From Simkaniaceae bacterium (lineage in GTDB: Bacteria > Chlamydiota > Chlamydiia > Chlamydiales > JACRBE01): a DNA stretch of 64,000 nt. The stretch's first letter is position 1, and each line of letters starts with the position of its first letter. The stretch covers positions 5,576-69,575 of the forward strand of contig JALEGI010000009.1 of assembly GCA_022763045.1 (NCBI GenBank). The letters are read 5' to 3'. Both the position numbers and the translations under genes were made by a program. The notes below the pieces were generated by a model, which was not told the DNA's origin, did not search any database, and saw only the letters and a list, made by a program, of their open reading frames with translations. Of this stretch, positions 9,474-20,644 are shown one piece after another.

Positions 9474-9794
9474 CTAGGTATGCATTGTAAAGATGCGATG
9501 TACAAGTCCTGTTGAGCTTACGTCCGGGTCGGGCGAAAAACAAGTTTCAGAAAAGCCAATTTCGGCAATGCGCTCTCTTAATCCCTTAAAAAAATCTCCC
9601 ATGTTTCCATTAATGGTGAACGTATACGGCCCATTTGTGAGAAAATAGACAAATGTGTATTCCCGTTGACTTGTAAAAACGAGTTTTTGTGTTTTTTTAA
9701 AAAGGTTAACCATTCGATCCATAGGATCCATTTCTACGAACTTGGATTTGGGTAAGATTAATCCATCTACAATGAGGCTGATGTGATATGTCAT
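9474..9794 (-). CDS. Hypothetical protein
   Basis: 106-codon ORF immediately downstream of the groEL terminator. No obvious SD and no recognisable motif. Confidence 0.4.
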   Translation of the reverse strand: MTYHISLIVDGLILPKSKFVEMDPMDRMVNLFKKTQKLVFTSQREYTFVYFLTNGPYTFTINGNMGDFFKGLRERIAEIGFSETCFSPDPDVSSTGLVHRIFTMHT

Positions 9795-9839
9795 GAATTA
9801 TTTGAAGTTGAGGGGTAAAAAATTAGAAGTAACAGAAAT

Positions 9840-9862
9840 GCCCCAGCAAGTTAAGCTGGGGC
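9840..9862 (-). terminator. Hairpin terminator downstream of groEL
   Basis: GCCCCAGC (9840-9847) pairs with GCTGGGGC (9855-9862) across a 7-nt loop. On the minus strand it is followed by ATTTCTGTT. Confidence 0.5.
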
Positions 9863-9871
9863 GAGTCGAAA

Positions 9872-11814
<1,943 letters not shown>

Positions 11815-11845
11815 ATTTTTTCCCTATTGGATGATTTCCGCCCTT

Positions 11846-11874
11846 ATCATATTCACGCTCAGTTTTTTTTGCAA
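11846..11874 (-). promoter_or_regulatory. Sigma70-type promoter for groES-groEL
   Basis: On the minus strand: TTGCAA (11874-11869), 17-nt spacer, TATGAT (11851-11846). This lies about 30 nt upstream of the groES ATG. Confidence 0.5.
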
Positions 11875-11894
11875 TGATATTGGGGGGCCTTGGC

Positions 11895-11923
11895 TTGACA
11901 CTCAAGTAAAATTTGAATATACT
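11895..11923 (+). promoter_or_regulatory. Near-consensus sigma70 promoter for pepF (implies a leaderless or near-leaderless mRNA)
   Basis: TTGACA (11895-11900), 17-nt spacer, TATACT (11918-11923). ATG 11931 lies 7 nt after the -10 element. No SD is present. Confidence 0.5.
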
Positions 11924-11930
11924 TTTTGCC

Positions 11931-13724
11931 ATGGCTAAAGAACGCAGTGAAGTTCCCATGAAGGATACCTGGGACGTAGAGATGATGTATCCAAATCTTG
12001 ACGCTTGGAATAGTGATTTTGAAAAAATATTTACTATTTCTAAAAATAAGTGGGAAGAGCTTTTACACTTCCGGGGCAAGCTCGATGAAGGCGAAGATAT
12101 TATTAACGAGCTGTTAACTAAAAACTTTAGTTTACAACGCGAGATTGAAAAGCTCTATACCTATGCTCATCTCAAGCACGATGAAGATGTCGCCCACGAG
12201 AGACATAAAGAGGCCTACCAAAAAGCGACTGCTCTCTATTATGATTATGCAAATGCAGCCTCGTGGATTGAGCCTGAGCTCTTACAGCTTGAAGAGGTGA
12301 AATTGAAGGGCTATGTCGATTCTCAAAGGCTTGAGAGCTACAGTTGGTTTCTTAAAATGCTACTCGACCAAAAGGATCACATTCTCTCATTAGAAGAGGA
12401 GGGGTTGATGTCTCTTGCAGGTCAAGCGCTTTCGACTCCATCAAAGACCTTTGGTGCGTTCAATAATGCTGATCTAAAGTTTCTTCCAGCGCGCGATTCA
12501 GTTGGTGGCGAAAATGAGCTCACGCATGGAAGCTACTCTCTCTATCTTAAGTCGAAAGATCGAGAGTTGAGAAAAAGTGCCTACGAAAACATCCATCTCG
12601 GTTTTGCCAATTGGGAAAATACCGTCACCGAAATGGTCCACGGCTCTGTTCAGTCGCACCTATTTAATGCAAGAGCGCGCAAATTCAGTTCTTGCTTGGA
12701 AGCGGCGCTATATCCAAACCAAATTGACCCCAAAGTCTATCGCAATCTAATTGCAGCAACAAAAGAGCGGATCGGTTCACTTCACAACTACATCTCTTTT
12801 CGGAAAAAGGCTCTTGGAGTCGATGAGCTTCACACCTACGATCTCTACACTCCCCTGAGCGCCTTTGATAAAACTTACCCCTATCACGAGGCGTGCCAAA
12901 TCGTTATTGATTCATATGCACCACTTGGTCATGAATACCAGAACTCTGTGCGAGAAGGTCTGCTAAAAGAGAGGTGGGTTGACGTCTATGAAAATGAGCG
13001 CAAACGCTCTGGCGGCTACTCAAGTGGCTGCTACGATTCTGTGCCCTATATTCTCCTCAACTACCACGATGTCTTCAACGATATGATGACCCTTTCGCAC
13101 GAAGTGGGTCATAGCATGCATTCAAAAACCAGTAATTCGCACCAACCCTTTCACTACGCAAGCTATCCTATTTTTGTCGCAGAGGTTGCCTCCACTTTCA
13201 ACGAGGCGTTGACATATCGCCATCTTTTAGAGAGAGCGGATAATGAAGAGGAGCGCTACTTCATCATCAACCAGCAGGTTGATGGAATTCGGGCTACCTT
13301 CTTCCGTCAGACTCTCTTTGCTGAATTTGAACTATTGCTCCATGAATTTGCTGAAAAATCGATCCCAATTACACCTGGGCTGATGCGTGATGAGTACACG
13401 CGTCTGTGTGCTGAATACTATGGACCCGATCTGACAATTGATGAGCAGCTCGGCTATGAGTGTCTACGCATTCCCCATTTTTACTACAACTTTTATGTCT
13501 ATCAATACGCCACTGGAATTGCTGCGGCCCAGTCGCTTGTCAATCGGGTGCTCAATGAAGGGGATCAGGCTCTAGCAGACTATCATCAATTTCTCGCCTC
13601 AGGAAAAAGTGACTATCCTGTCAATTTACTCAGGAAAGCGGGTGTTGACATGACGACACAAAAACCAATCTACGATCTGATCGATCGATTTGATGAGTTA
13701 GTAAAATCGCTTGAAAAGAATTAA
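11931..13724 (+). CDS. pepF: Oligoendopeptidase F (M3B metallopeptidase)
   Basis: HEXXH zinc motif in LSHEVGHSMH; about 600 aa, as expected for M3B. I prefer ATG 11931 (MAKERSEV...). The track start at TTG 11913 lies inside the predicted promoter. Confidence 0.9.
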   Translation: MAKERSEVPMKDTWDVEMMYPNLDAWNSDFEKIFTISKNKWEELLHFRGKLDEGEDIINELLTKNFSLQREIEKLYTYAHLKHDEDVAHERHKEAYQKATALYYDYANAASWIEPELLQLEEVKLKGYVDSQRLESYSWFLKMLLDQKDHILSLEEEGLMSLAGQALSTPSKTFGAFNNADLKFLPARDSVGGENELTHGSYSLYLKSKDRELRKSAYENIHLGFANWENTVTEMVHGSVQSHLFNARARKFSSCLEAALYPNQIDPKVYRNLIAATKERIGSLHNYISFRKKALGVDELHTYDLYTPLSAFDKTYPYHEACQIVIDSYAPLGHEYQNSVREGLLKERWVDVYENERKRSGGYSSGCYDSVPYILLNYHDVFNDMMTLSHEVGHSMHSKTSNSHQPFHYASYPIFVAEVASTFNEALTYRHLLERADNEEERYFIINQQVDGIRATFFRQTLFAEFELLLHEFAEKSIPITPGLMRDEYTRLCAEYYGPDLTIDEQLGYECLRIPHFYYNFYVYQYATGIAAAQSLVNRVLNEGDQALADYHQFLASGKSDYPVNLLRKAGVDMTTQKPIYDLIDRFDELVKSLEKN

Positions 13725-13747
13725 GGAAAATAGCAAATTAGACACCT

Positions 13748-14032
13748 ATGAGTACGGATACTAAACTCAAATCGACCTTCACAGTTCTCAATGATAAGGG
13801 TCTCCACACAAGGCCCGCGACAGAGCTTGTGAAATGCACATCGGGCTTTAAGGCTCAAATCAACCTTTGTTATCAGAAGCTGACTGTAAACGGTAAGTCT
13901 CTGCTCGGCATCCTAATGCTTGCGGCTGCCAGAGGCGCCAAAATTACAATTGAGGCAGAGGGAGATGATGCTGCTGAGGCGATTCGCGCCCTGGTTGAAC
14001 TTGCAAAAAACAAATTCTACATTAAGTACTAA
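13748..14032 (+). CDS. ptsH: Phosphocarrier protein HPr
   Basis: 94 aa, with the His15 motif GLHTRPATELV and the Ser46 region NGKSLLGILML. Confidence 0.9.
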   Translation: MSTDTKLKSTFTVLNDKGLHTRPATELVKCTSGFKAQINLCYQKLTVNGKSLLGILMLAAARGAKITIEAEGDDAAEAIRALVELAKNKFYIKY

Positions 14033-14429
14033 TCTCGATAGATTTTTCCATCACCTCTCTACGACAGTAAATCGGCAAGTTATTCATCAGAGCAACCGTG
14101 AGAGCATCTGAGGGTCTGGCATCGATTTCAAGGATCTTTTTCTCATCACCCTGCTGCTGCTCAAGAAAGAGGCGAGAGGTGTAGATTGAATCTTGTACAT
14201 CGTGAATCACGACCTGAAGAGGGGAGATGTCCAGGCCCACAAAGAGCGATTTGATGAGGTCGTGTGTTTGGGGGCGGGGAGACTTTTCATCCTGCATGAA
14301 ACGCTGGATGTTTTCCCCCACCTCGGGTTGGGTGTAGATGGCAAAGTGCTTCTGGTCATTTCCTAAAATAAAGGCAGTATAGCCCTTCGATTGCATAATT
14401 TTCTTAAAATTGAGCTCTATAAGTTCCAT
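14022..14429 (-). CDS. Bifunctional nuclease domain (DUF151/BFN) protein
   Basis: 135 aa with ...FAIYTQPEVGENI... and ARPSDALTVAL, both typical of the BFN family. Starts 3 nt after the rpiA stop. The 3' end overlaps convergent ptsH by 11 nt. Confidence 0.7.
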   Translation of the reverse strand: MELIELNFKKIMQSKGYTAFILGNDQKHFAIYTQPEVGENIQRFMQDEKSPRPQTHDLIKSLFVGLDISPLQVVIHDVQDSIYTSRLFLEQQQGDEKKILEIDARPSDALTVALMNNLPIYCRREVMEKSIEIST

Positions 14430-14432
14430 GAA

Positions 14433-15110
14433 TCACCTTGTGTGGATTTTACCATCATTACCTCCAATGATCAGGCGTTTTGCAAGATCAAAAAAGAGGC
14501 CTGTCTCTACAACGCCTGGTAGGGTAATTAACTTTTGATGCAGCTCCCTCGGCGCTCCAATAGGGGGGTCGAGCTTGAGATCATAGATGTAGTTGTGGTT
14601 GTCAGTAATGTAAAGGTCGTGCTCTTCGTTGTGGCGCAGGGTGCCAAAAAAACCAAGGTCATTGATTTTCTTAATTGTTGTTTGAGGGGCAAAAGGAATG
14701 ATTTCGACGGGAAGGGGAAAGGTCCCGAGCTGCTGAACGCACTTGCTCTCATCGACAATGACAACCATCTCTTTGGCCGAAGAGGCGATGATCTTCTCTC
14801 TGGTAAGTGCACCGCCGCCCCCTTTGATCATGTTCATTTGCCCGTCAATCTCATCTGCTCCATCGACGCAGAGGTCGAGTTCGATGATTTGATCATTTGG
14901 TAGGGAGAAGATGCCCCCTTGGCCCGCTTGCTCTTCAGAGCGATTGGAGGTGAAGGCAGCTTCAATTGTGAGTCCATCGCGCACGCGCTCGATCAATCTT
15001 TCGATAAAGTAGTAGACAGTGGTTCCTGTGCCTATACCTAGTTTCATTCCAGATTGCACTAAATCTGCCGCTTGATAGCCAGCGAGTCGCTTCATGTCAT
15101 CTTGAGCCAT
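14433..15110 (-). CDS. rpiA: Ribose-5-phosphate isomerase A
   Basis: Contains GIGTGTTVYYFIERL, CVDGADEID and KGGGGALTREK. Confidence 0.93.
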   Translation of the reverse strand: MAQDDMKRLAGYQAADLVQSGMKLGIGTGTTVYYFIERLIERVRDGLTIEAAFTSNRSEEQAGQGGIFSLPNDQIIELDLCVDGADEIDGQMNMIKGGGGALTREKIIASSAKEMVVIVDESKCVQQLGTFPLPVEIIPFAPQTTIKKINDLGFFGTLRHNEEHDLYITDNHNYIYDLKLDPPIGAPRELHQKLITLPGVVETGLFFDLAKRLIIGGNDGKIHTR

Positions 15111-15214
15111 AATTCATATCTTGAAGTATGAAAAATTCCTCGTCAAGTATTGATCATTATTTCAATTTCATTTAATATTCGTGTCTTCCTAAAGGACTAA
15201 ACAAGGAGAACTCT

Positions 15215-15454
15215 ATGGGAAATCCTCCCCCACAGCCCAAGACGATCAAAGCACGTGATGTTGTGACTAAAGAGTACGAAATGTTTGACACCGAGCCAGG
15301 TCAAGAACAGGTTGAAAGAGCTATGAGAGAAATTCAGAGCCACCGCGGCGATAAAAAACCCGTTCGCAATCCTGAAACTCCTCAAGAGCCAAGCGATAAA
15401 AAAGTACTAGAAGAGAAGCTCAAGGTCGAGAAGTATTTCCTTAATGTCAAATAA
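15215..15454 (+). CDS. Small charged hypothetical protein, translationally coupled to tyrS
   Basis: 79 codons with an AAGGAG SD 7 nt upstream. The product is Pro/Lys/Glu-rich and probably disordered. It overlaps the tyrS start by 11 nt. Confidence 0.45.
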   Translation: MGNPPPQPKTIKARDVVTKEYEMFDTEPGQEQVERAMREIQSHRGDKKPVRNPETPQEPSDKKVLEEKLKVEKYFLNVK

Positions 15455-16715
15455 CGTCGTCGACTTCCTCAGAAGGCGCAAGTGCCTTGAAGCAATAGCT
15501 GGTGAAGATCTCGAAGAGATCTTGCAGAAACCTCGCGCTTTTTACATTGGTTATGACCCAACTGCCGATTCTCTCCATCTAGGCTCTTTTGTTGGGCTTG
15601 TTATGGCAAGGTGGATGCAAAAGTTTGGTCACACCCCCGTTCTTCTATTGGGTGGCGCAACTGGCCGCATTGGTGATCCTTCTGGTAAAGATAAAGAGCG
15701 CCCCCTCCTCAGTGAGGCACAAATTGATGCTAATGTGGAAGGGATCCGCAAGATTTTTCACCGTTTTTTCGATACTGAGGGTGAAAATGCACCGATTATC
15801 ATAAACAATCTCGATTGGCTTGGTAAGTTTTCGCTGATTGATTTTCTTCGTGATGTAGGTAAGCAGTTTCGCATGGGGCCCATGCTCAGTAAGGAGAGTG
15901 TGAAGCGCCGCTTGGAGTCTGATGAGGGCATGAGCTTTACAGAGTTTACCTATCAAATGATGCAAGGTTACGACTTTTACCACCTGAATAAGGAGCGCAA
16001 TGTGGTGCTTCAGTTGGGTGGAAGCGATCAGTGGGGCAATATCACAGCTGGTGTTGAGTTCACACGTCGTTTGACTGGTAAAAGTGTCTATGGATTGACC
16101 TTCCCACTTATTGTCCGAAGTGATGGGAAAAAATTTGGTAAAAGTGAAGATGGCGCGATCTGGCTTACTGAAGATCGCACTTCAAGCTACGACCTTTATC
16201 AATATCTCTATCGCGTACCAGATGCTGACGTTATAACAATGATGCGTCTTCTAACGATGATGGAAAATGAGGAGATCGAAGAGATTGAAGCCGCCTTATC
16301 TTCCAGTGTCCCAAATGCGGCGCAGAAACGTTTAGCGGAAGAGGTCTGCCGCTTTGTTCACGGCGATGAAGGACTCGCGCGTGCAGAAAAACTGACGGCT
16401 GCTGCAAGACCTGGAGCTCAAACAGAGTTGAATCCAGAAACACTTGCCGCCATCTCAAAAGAATTTCCAACAGCCTACCTTTCAATTGAAGAGGTGGTTG
16501 GTGTCAAGTACACCGATCTATGCGTTAAAATTGGAATTCTCTCATCTAAAGGTGAGGCTAACCGATTAGTGAAAAATCAGGGAGCCTATCTCAACAATGA
16601 TAAAGTCACCGATACTGCACGTTTAATCGATGCGAGCGATCTAGTCGGAGAGCAATATCTCGTTTTTGGAGCAGGAAAGAAGAAGAAAATGCTCCTTGAA
16701 GTCAAAAAACATTAA
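15444..16715 (+). CDS. tyrS: Tyrosyl-tRNA synthetase
   Basis: Class I HIGH-type motif DSLHLGS, KMSKS-type motif KFGKS, and a C-terminal S4-like domain. Confidence 0.95.
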   Translation: MSNNVVDFLRRRKCLEAIAGEDLEEILQKPRAFYIGYDPTADSLHLGSFVGLVMARWMQKFGHTPVLLLGGATGRIGDPSGKDKERPLLSEAQIDANVEGIRKIFHRFFDTEGENAPIIINNLDWLGKFSLIDFLRDVGKQFRMGPMLSKESVKRRLESDEGMSFTEFTYQMMQGYDFYHLNKERNVVLQLGGSDQWGNITAGVEFTRRLTGKSVYGLTFPLIVRSDGKKFGKSEDGAIWLTEDRTSSYDLYQYLYRVPDADVITMMRLLTMMENEEIEEIEAALSSSVPNAAQKRLAEEVCRFVHGDEGLARAEKLTAAARPGAQTELNPETLAAISKEFPTAYLSIEEVVGVKYTDLCVKIGILSSKGEANRLVKNQGAYLNNDKVTDTARLIDASDLVGEQYLVFGAGKKKKMLLEVKKH

Positions 16716-16875
16716 AACTTTTTGACTTACCCCTTGATTGAAAATCAATAAGATACAACAATGAGCTTTGAAGGAACCTACTGCATTTGAGGACCTCGGG
16801 CTGAAAAAACGATTGGATAAGTTTTCATGTCAGGTAGGAAATAAAAGTTTATTGACCAACCAAGGAGACTAAGAG

Positions 16876-17223
16876 ATGGCAACTGTCACCAAAAAGAAGT
16901 TGATCCAAGCGATCTCACAGAAGAAGGGTTTACACCCTAACGAAGTGAGAGGAGTGATTCAAGAATTCCTCGATATGATGACTGAGAGCTTGGCTGAAGG
17001 CGATCGCCTAGAATTTAGAGATTTCGGTGTATTCGAAATTGTTGAGCGTAAGCAGAAAGTTGGACGCAACCCGAAAAATGCGCACATTCCAATCATTATT
17101 CCTGCTCGCCCAGCTGTGAAGTTTACTGCTGGTAAGAAGATGAAGCGCATGATTGAAGATCAAGCGCCAAGTGCTTCAACTCAAGCTGAAGTGCACGCTC
17201 CAGGTGCGCAACACGCTTACTAA
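16876..17223 (+). CDS. HU/IHF-family DNA-binding protein
   Basis: Contains RDFGVFEIVERKQKVGRNPKN, the beta-arm motif of HU/IHF. AAGGAG SD upstream. Has a short Ala/Gln-rich C-terminal extension. Confidence 0.9.
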   Translation: MATVTKKKLIQAISQKKGLHPNEVRGVIQEFLDMMTESLAEGDRLEFRDFGVFEIVERKQKVGRNPKNAHIPIIIPARPAVKFTAGKKMKRMIEDQAPSASTQAEVHAPGAQHAY

Positions 17224-17236
17224 CCCCACCTTTTTT

Positions 17237-17279
17237 CCCAGAAGGTATTTTCTACCTTCTGGGTTTTACTTTTTTTTTT
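17237..17279 (+). terminator. Rho-independent terminator after the HU/IHF gene
   Basis: CCCAGAAGGTA (17237-17247) pairs with TACCTTCTGGG (17253-17263) across a 5-nt loop, followed by TTTTACTTTTTTTTTT. Confidence 0.85.
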
Positions 17280-17305
17280 GATTTGTTACTATTCGCGCCT
17301 AAAAT
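17278..17305 (+). promoter_or_regulatory. Possible sigma70-type promoter for the S46 peptidase gene
   Basis: TTGATT (17278-17283), 16-nt spacer, TAAAAT (17300-17305). GGAG SD at 17311-17314 and ATG at 17320. Confidence 0.4.
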
Positions 17306-17319
17306 AACCTGGAGCGAAT

Positions 17320-19335
17320 ATGAAACGCCTGACTTTACCAATTTTAGCCCTCTCTTTAACCTTTGCTCAAGAGGGGATGTGGACTTTTGATCAGCTTCCA
17401 AAAAAGCAGCTCAAAAAAGAGTACAATTACGAGCTGACAGATGAGTTTGCCCAAAATATGCAACTTGCAGCTCTTCGTACCAACACAGGTGGCACTGGCT
17501 CTTTTATCTCTCCAAACGGACTTGTGTTAACGAATCATCATGTTGCGCGCAGTATGATTTTCAGCGTTTCGACTTCTGAGAACGACTATATTAAAGAGGG
17601 CTTTTATGCTAATACCTTGGACGATGAGCTCAAATGCCCCAACGTTCATATCGATCAGCTAATTAAGCGTGTTGACATTACAGAGAGGGTCAATGCGCAT
17701 CTTACAGAGGAGATGTCTCTTCAAGAAAAGGAGAGAAGACGACAAGAGCTTTTGATTCTTTTCAAAGAGAAAGCGCAAGAGGAGAGTGGGCTTCATGTGC
17801 AGGTTGTTACCCTCTATCATGGGTTAAAATATGAGCTCTATTTTTATAAGCGCTACACTGATGTTCGACTTGTACTAGCGCCGGAATCTGAAACAGCTGC
17901 ATTTGGGGGCGATCCTGAAAATTTCGAATATCCACGCCAATGTTTCGACTACACCTTGCTTCGCCTTTATGAAGATGGAAAGCCTGCTTTGACTCCAAAC
18001 TATTTTAAGTGGAGCGAGTCTGGGCCTAAACTCAATGAGGTTTTATTTATCGTTGGTAATCCTGGGGGAACCGATCGATTGATTACAGTCGCTCACCTAC
18101 AAGACAAGCGCGATGTGACACTTCCTCTTTTGCTTAAGTTTCTAAACTCTCGTATCAATTTAATGGAAGAGTTTGGAAAGAGAGGAAGCGAAGAGAAAAG
18201 ACGGGCGAATAAACTCTTAAAAAGGTTGATGAATGGTCAAAAAGTAATGACTGGCATGCACAAGTATCTAGAAGATAAACCCGTGATTCAAGAGAAAATA
18301 TGTCAAGAGAGTGACCTTTTTGGGGTGGTAAACTCAAAGCCTTGGTTTGATCTGGAAGAGTGTTTTGAAAAACACCGCGTTGCACGAGGATGCAGTTTCT
18401 ATGTCGAGCGTGGGGCTTTTTACGGATCACAACTCTTTTCCTTTGCAAAGAAGCTTGTGCAATTTTCTGCTGAAAGAAATAAACCAAGTCACAAACGATT
18501 GAAAGAATACATTAATACCGAACTTCCAACCATCGAAAGAGAGCTATTTAGCCAAGAGCCCTTTTTTGAGGATCTTGAAACGTGTCTTATCGATAGAGGG
18601 ATTAAAGACCTGACGGCTCTATTTGGCGAAGACCATCCAATCATCAAGCAGCTACTTTCCGGACCATCTGCTGAAGATATTGTCTCTAATTCTAAGCTCA
18701 ATTCACTTGAGTTGCGAAAGGAGCTATATCACAACCCCGAACTAATTAAAACAAGCCTGGATCCTGCAATTGTGTTTGCAAGGCTACTTGATCCACTTGC
18801 TCGAGAAATCCGTCGCTTTGTTGAGGATGAGTTTAATGCTCCTGTTGTTGAGAGCTACTCGAAAATTTGCAAAACGCTCATTGAAAGAAAGGGAGAAAAA
18901 ATTTATCCAGATGCGACATTCACGTTGCGCTTTGCCTATGGCCAAATGAAGGGATACTATGGTCAAGATCGCTATTTACAGCCGATCTCAACGCTAGGAG
19001 ACCTTTTTGCAACTCACGACAAGCATCCAAATGATGAGAGCTATTCACTTCCTAGTAGATGGATTGAAGCGCGGGATCATCTAGGTATGGAATTACCAGT
19101 CAATTTTGTTTCAAATCACGATAAAATTGGAGGTAATTCTGGAAGTGCCATGATCAACACAAATGGTGAAATTGTTGGTCTGCTCTTTGACGGCAATCGC
19201 TATGCATTTGGCTATGATTATAAATTCGATGATACGCAGGGCAGGGCGATCAATGTGCACTCAGATGCGATTATCTACTCGCTTGATAAAATGTATGGAG
19301 CCGATCGGATACTAAAAGAGCTTGGTAGAAAGTAA
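17320..19335 (+). CDS. Peptidase S46 family (dipeptidyl-peptidase 7/11-like serine protease), secreted
   Basis: A signal peptide is followed by EGMWTFDQLP, the typical S46 N-terminus. Catalytic His in TNHHVA and catalytic Ser in IGGNSGSAMIN. About 670 aa. Confidence 0.85.
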   Translation: MKRLTLPILALSLTFAQEGMWTFDQLPKKQLKKEYNYELTDEFAQNMQLAALRTNTGGTGSFISPNGLVLTNHHVARSMIFSVSTSENDYIKEGFYANTLDDELKCPNVHIDQLIKRVDITERVNAHLTEEMSLQEKERRRQELLILFKEKAQEESGLHVQVVTLYHGLKYELYFYKRYTDVRLVLAPESETAAFGGDPENFEYPRQCFDYTLLRLYEDGKPALTPNYFKWSESGPKLNEVLFIVGNPGGTDRLITVAHLQDKRDVTLPLLLKFLNSRINLMEEFGKRGSEEKRRANKLLKRLMNGQKVMTGMHKYLEDKPVIQEKICQESDLFGVVNSKPWFDLEECFEKHRVARGCSFYVERGAFYGSQLFSFAKKLVQFSAERNKPSHKRLKEYINTELPTIERELFSQEPFFEDLETCLIDRGIKDLTALFGEDHPIIKQLLSGPSAEDIVSNSKLNSLELRKELYHNPELIKTSLDPAIVFARLLDPLAREIRRFVEDEFNAPVVESYSKICKTLIERKGEKIYPDATFTLRFAYGQMKGYYGQDRYLQPISTLGDLFATHDKHPNDESYSLPSRWIEARDHLGMELPVNFVSNHDKIGGNSGSAMINTNGEIVGLLFDGNRYAFGYDYKFDDTQGRAINVHSDAIIYSLDKMYGADRILKELGRK

Positions 19336-19381
19336 GTGTCTTCTTGCGAAAATAATCAAAATCTAGTAAAAATTAGGGTTT

Positions 19382-20599
19382 ATGAATTTCCCAGTTTTAG
19401 CTGAATTTATGATCGACACCCTTCCCAGCAAAGAGCTTTTGAGATCTTTGAGGGAGGGGGTTTGTGTTTCGCAAGAGACAATTGATGCCTATTTAGCAAA
19501 AGGCGATCCCGATTCAAGATTCACTGCAGAGCTTTTAATGCGCATCAGTGGAAGGCCGTGCGATATTGATGAGAATGCTGCACTTACAAGAGAAGAATTT
19601 CTCGATTCACCTGCACCAGACCTACTCTTCGAGTTAAAACAGGGCGTTTTGTCTATCTACTACGGGCTCTTAAAGGGTGATCTTAAGCTCTTGCAGCAGG
19701 GACTGGAAGTTGCCGCCCTCTCTTCACATCTTTTCCAAAAAGAATCGGGCACCTTTTTACCGCTTTGGGTGCGTGAAGAGGACTATCGTTTAGGCGAGCT
19801 ACTTGGGTGGGGGTATTTAATCTTTTACCTCTCTGCACATCTTGGTCACGAAGAGCATAGACCTTTTAGCGATACCCTCCTGGCAAAAATACGCTCCCTT
19901 TCCCCAGGTGGGCTTGATGATCTACCAACTTTGATTCCTCTTCTTTTGATGGTCATCGACCCTCTCCTTACAGAGGCGCCATCTGTAGAGCTTCCCAAAA
20001 TACAACCTCGTGATCTTCATGTCAATGAAGGGCGCTATCTCACATTGAGCGGTGTTGGTACAGGGCTTGGGGCGATGGTTAAAGAGGATGTGACAATTGT
20101 CTCATTTGGCCCTCAAATTGGAAGTTTAGGTAGCTCTAGCGGTTTTGGGATATATAATTTTTTTAGTGCGGATTTTGAACGAAATCGCGGGTGGGTACGA
20201 CTTGTCTCTCCTGATGGAGAGGGGAGCTCAAAGACCGTCTCCCGAGCAAAGCTGGGTCAGGGGTGGATGCATGTCGCAATGGATGCACGCTCTTTAAAAG
20301 TGCGTTTTGTTGGCGATTTTCATAGTGAGCCGCTCTATTTTGTGTTCTACGTGAACGCGAATAAAGCCCACGTCGATCAAAAGGTGCAATTGCTTCCCGA
20401 TTCTCTTGATCGCTACGATGGAAGAGCAAGTCGCGTCCGCTTCGAAGGTGTCAAAAATAATTTTGTCATTGAGACAAAGAAACAGGCTGAAATCGAGCTA
20501 ATCCCCCTGGCGGGCCAAAACTTTTTTTGGGGAGCCGATTTTTTATTAGCCTATAGAATAAACTATAGCGAAAAATGTTTTGAATGGTTGATTAATTAG
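19382..20599 (+). CDS. Hypothetical protein (helical N-terminal half, beta-rich C-terminal half)
   Basis: 405-codon ORF with uninterrupted coding-like composition. I recognise no catalytic motif. Confidence 0.6.
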   Translation: MNFPVLAEFMIDTLPSKELLRSLREGVCVSQETIDAYLAKGDPDSRFTAELLMRISGRPCDIDENAALTREEFLDSPAPDLLFELKQGVLSIYYGLLKGDLKLLQQGLEVAALSSHLFQKESGTFLPLWVREEDYRLGELLGWGYLIFYLSAHLGHEEHRPFSDTLLAKIRSLSPGGLDDLPTLIPLLLMVIDPLLTEAPSVELPKIQPRDLHVNEGRYLTLSGVGTGLGAMVKEDVTIVSFGPQIGSLGSSSGFGIYNFFSADFERNRGWVRLVSPDGEGSSKTVSRAKLGQGWMHVAMDARSLKVRFVGDFHSEPLYFVFYVNANKAHVDQKVQLLPDSLDRYDGRASRVRFEGVKNNFVIETKKQAEIELIPLAGQNFFWGADFLLAYRINYSEKCFEWLIN

Positions 20600-20644
20600 T
20601 TAATTTTTCGTATTTTATTTTAACAAAGTGGTCGGAGTTATTAA

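Noticed and set aside
11815-11930. HrcA CIRCE operator in front of groES
   Set aside because: Only a single 7/9 half-site-like TTGACACTC is present, and it coincides with the pepF -35 box. There is no matching inverted half 9 nt away, and nothing in the groES 5' UTR.
15111-15443. T-box riboswitch leader upstream of tyrS
   Set aside because: The only resemblance is CCACCGCGG at about 15341-15349, against the T-box core GGUGGNACCGCG. There is no AGAGA, specifier loop or terminator/antiterminator architecture. The region is better explained by a well-initiated ORF.
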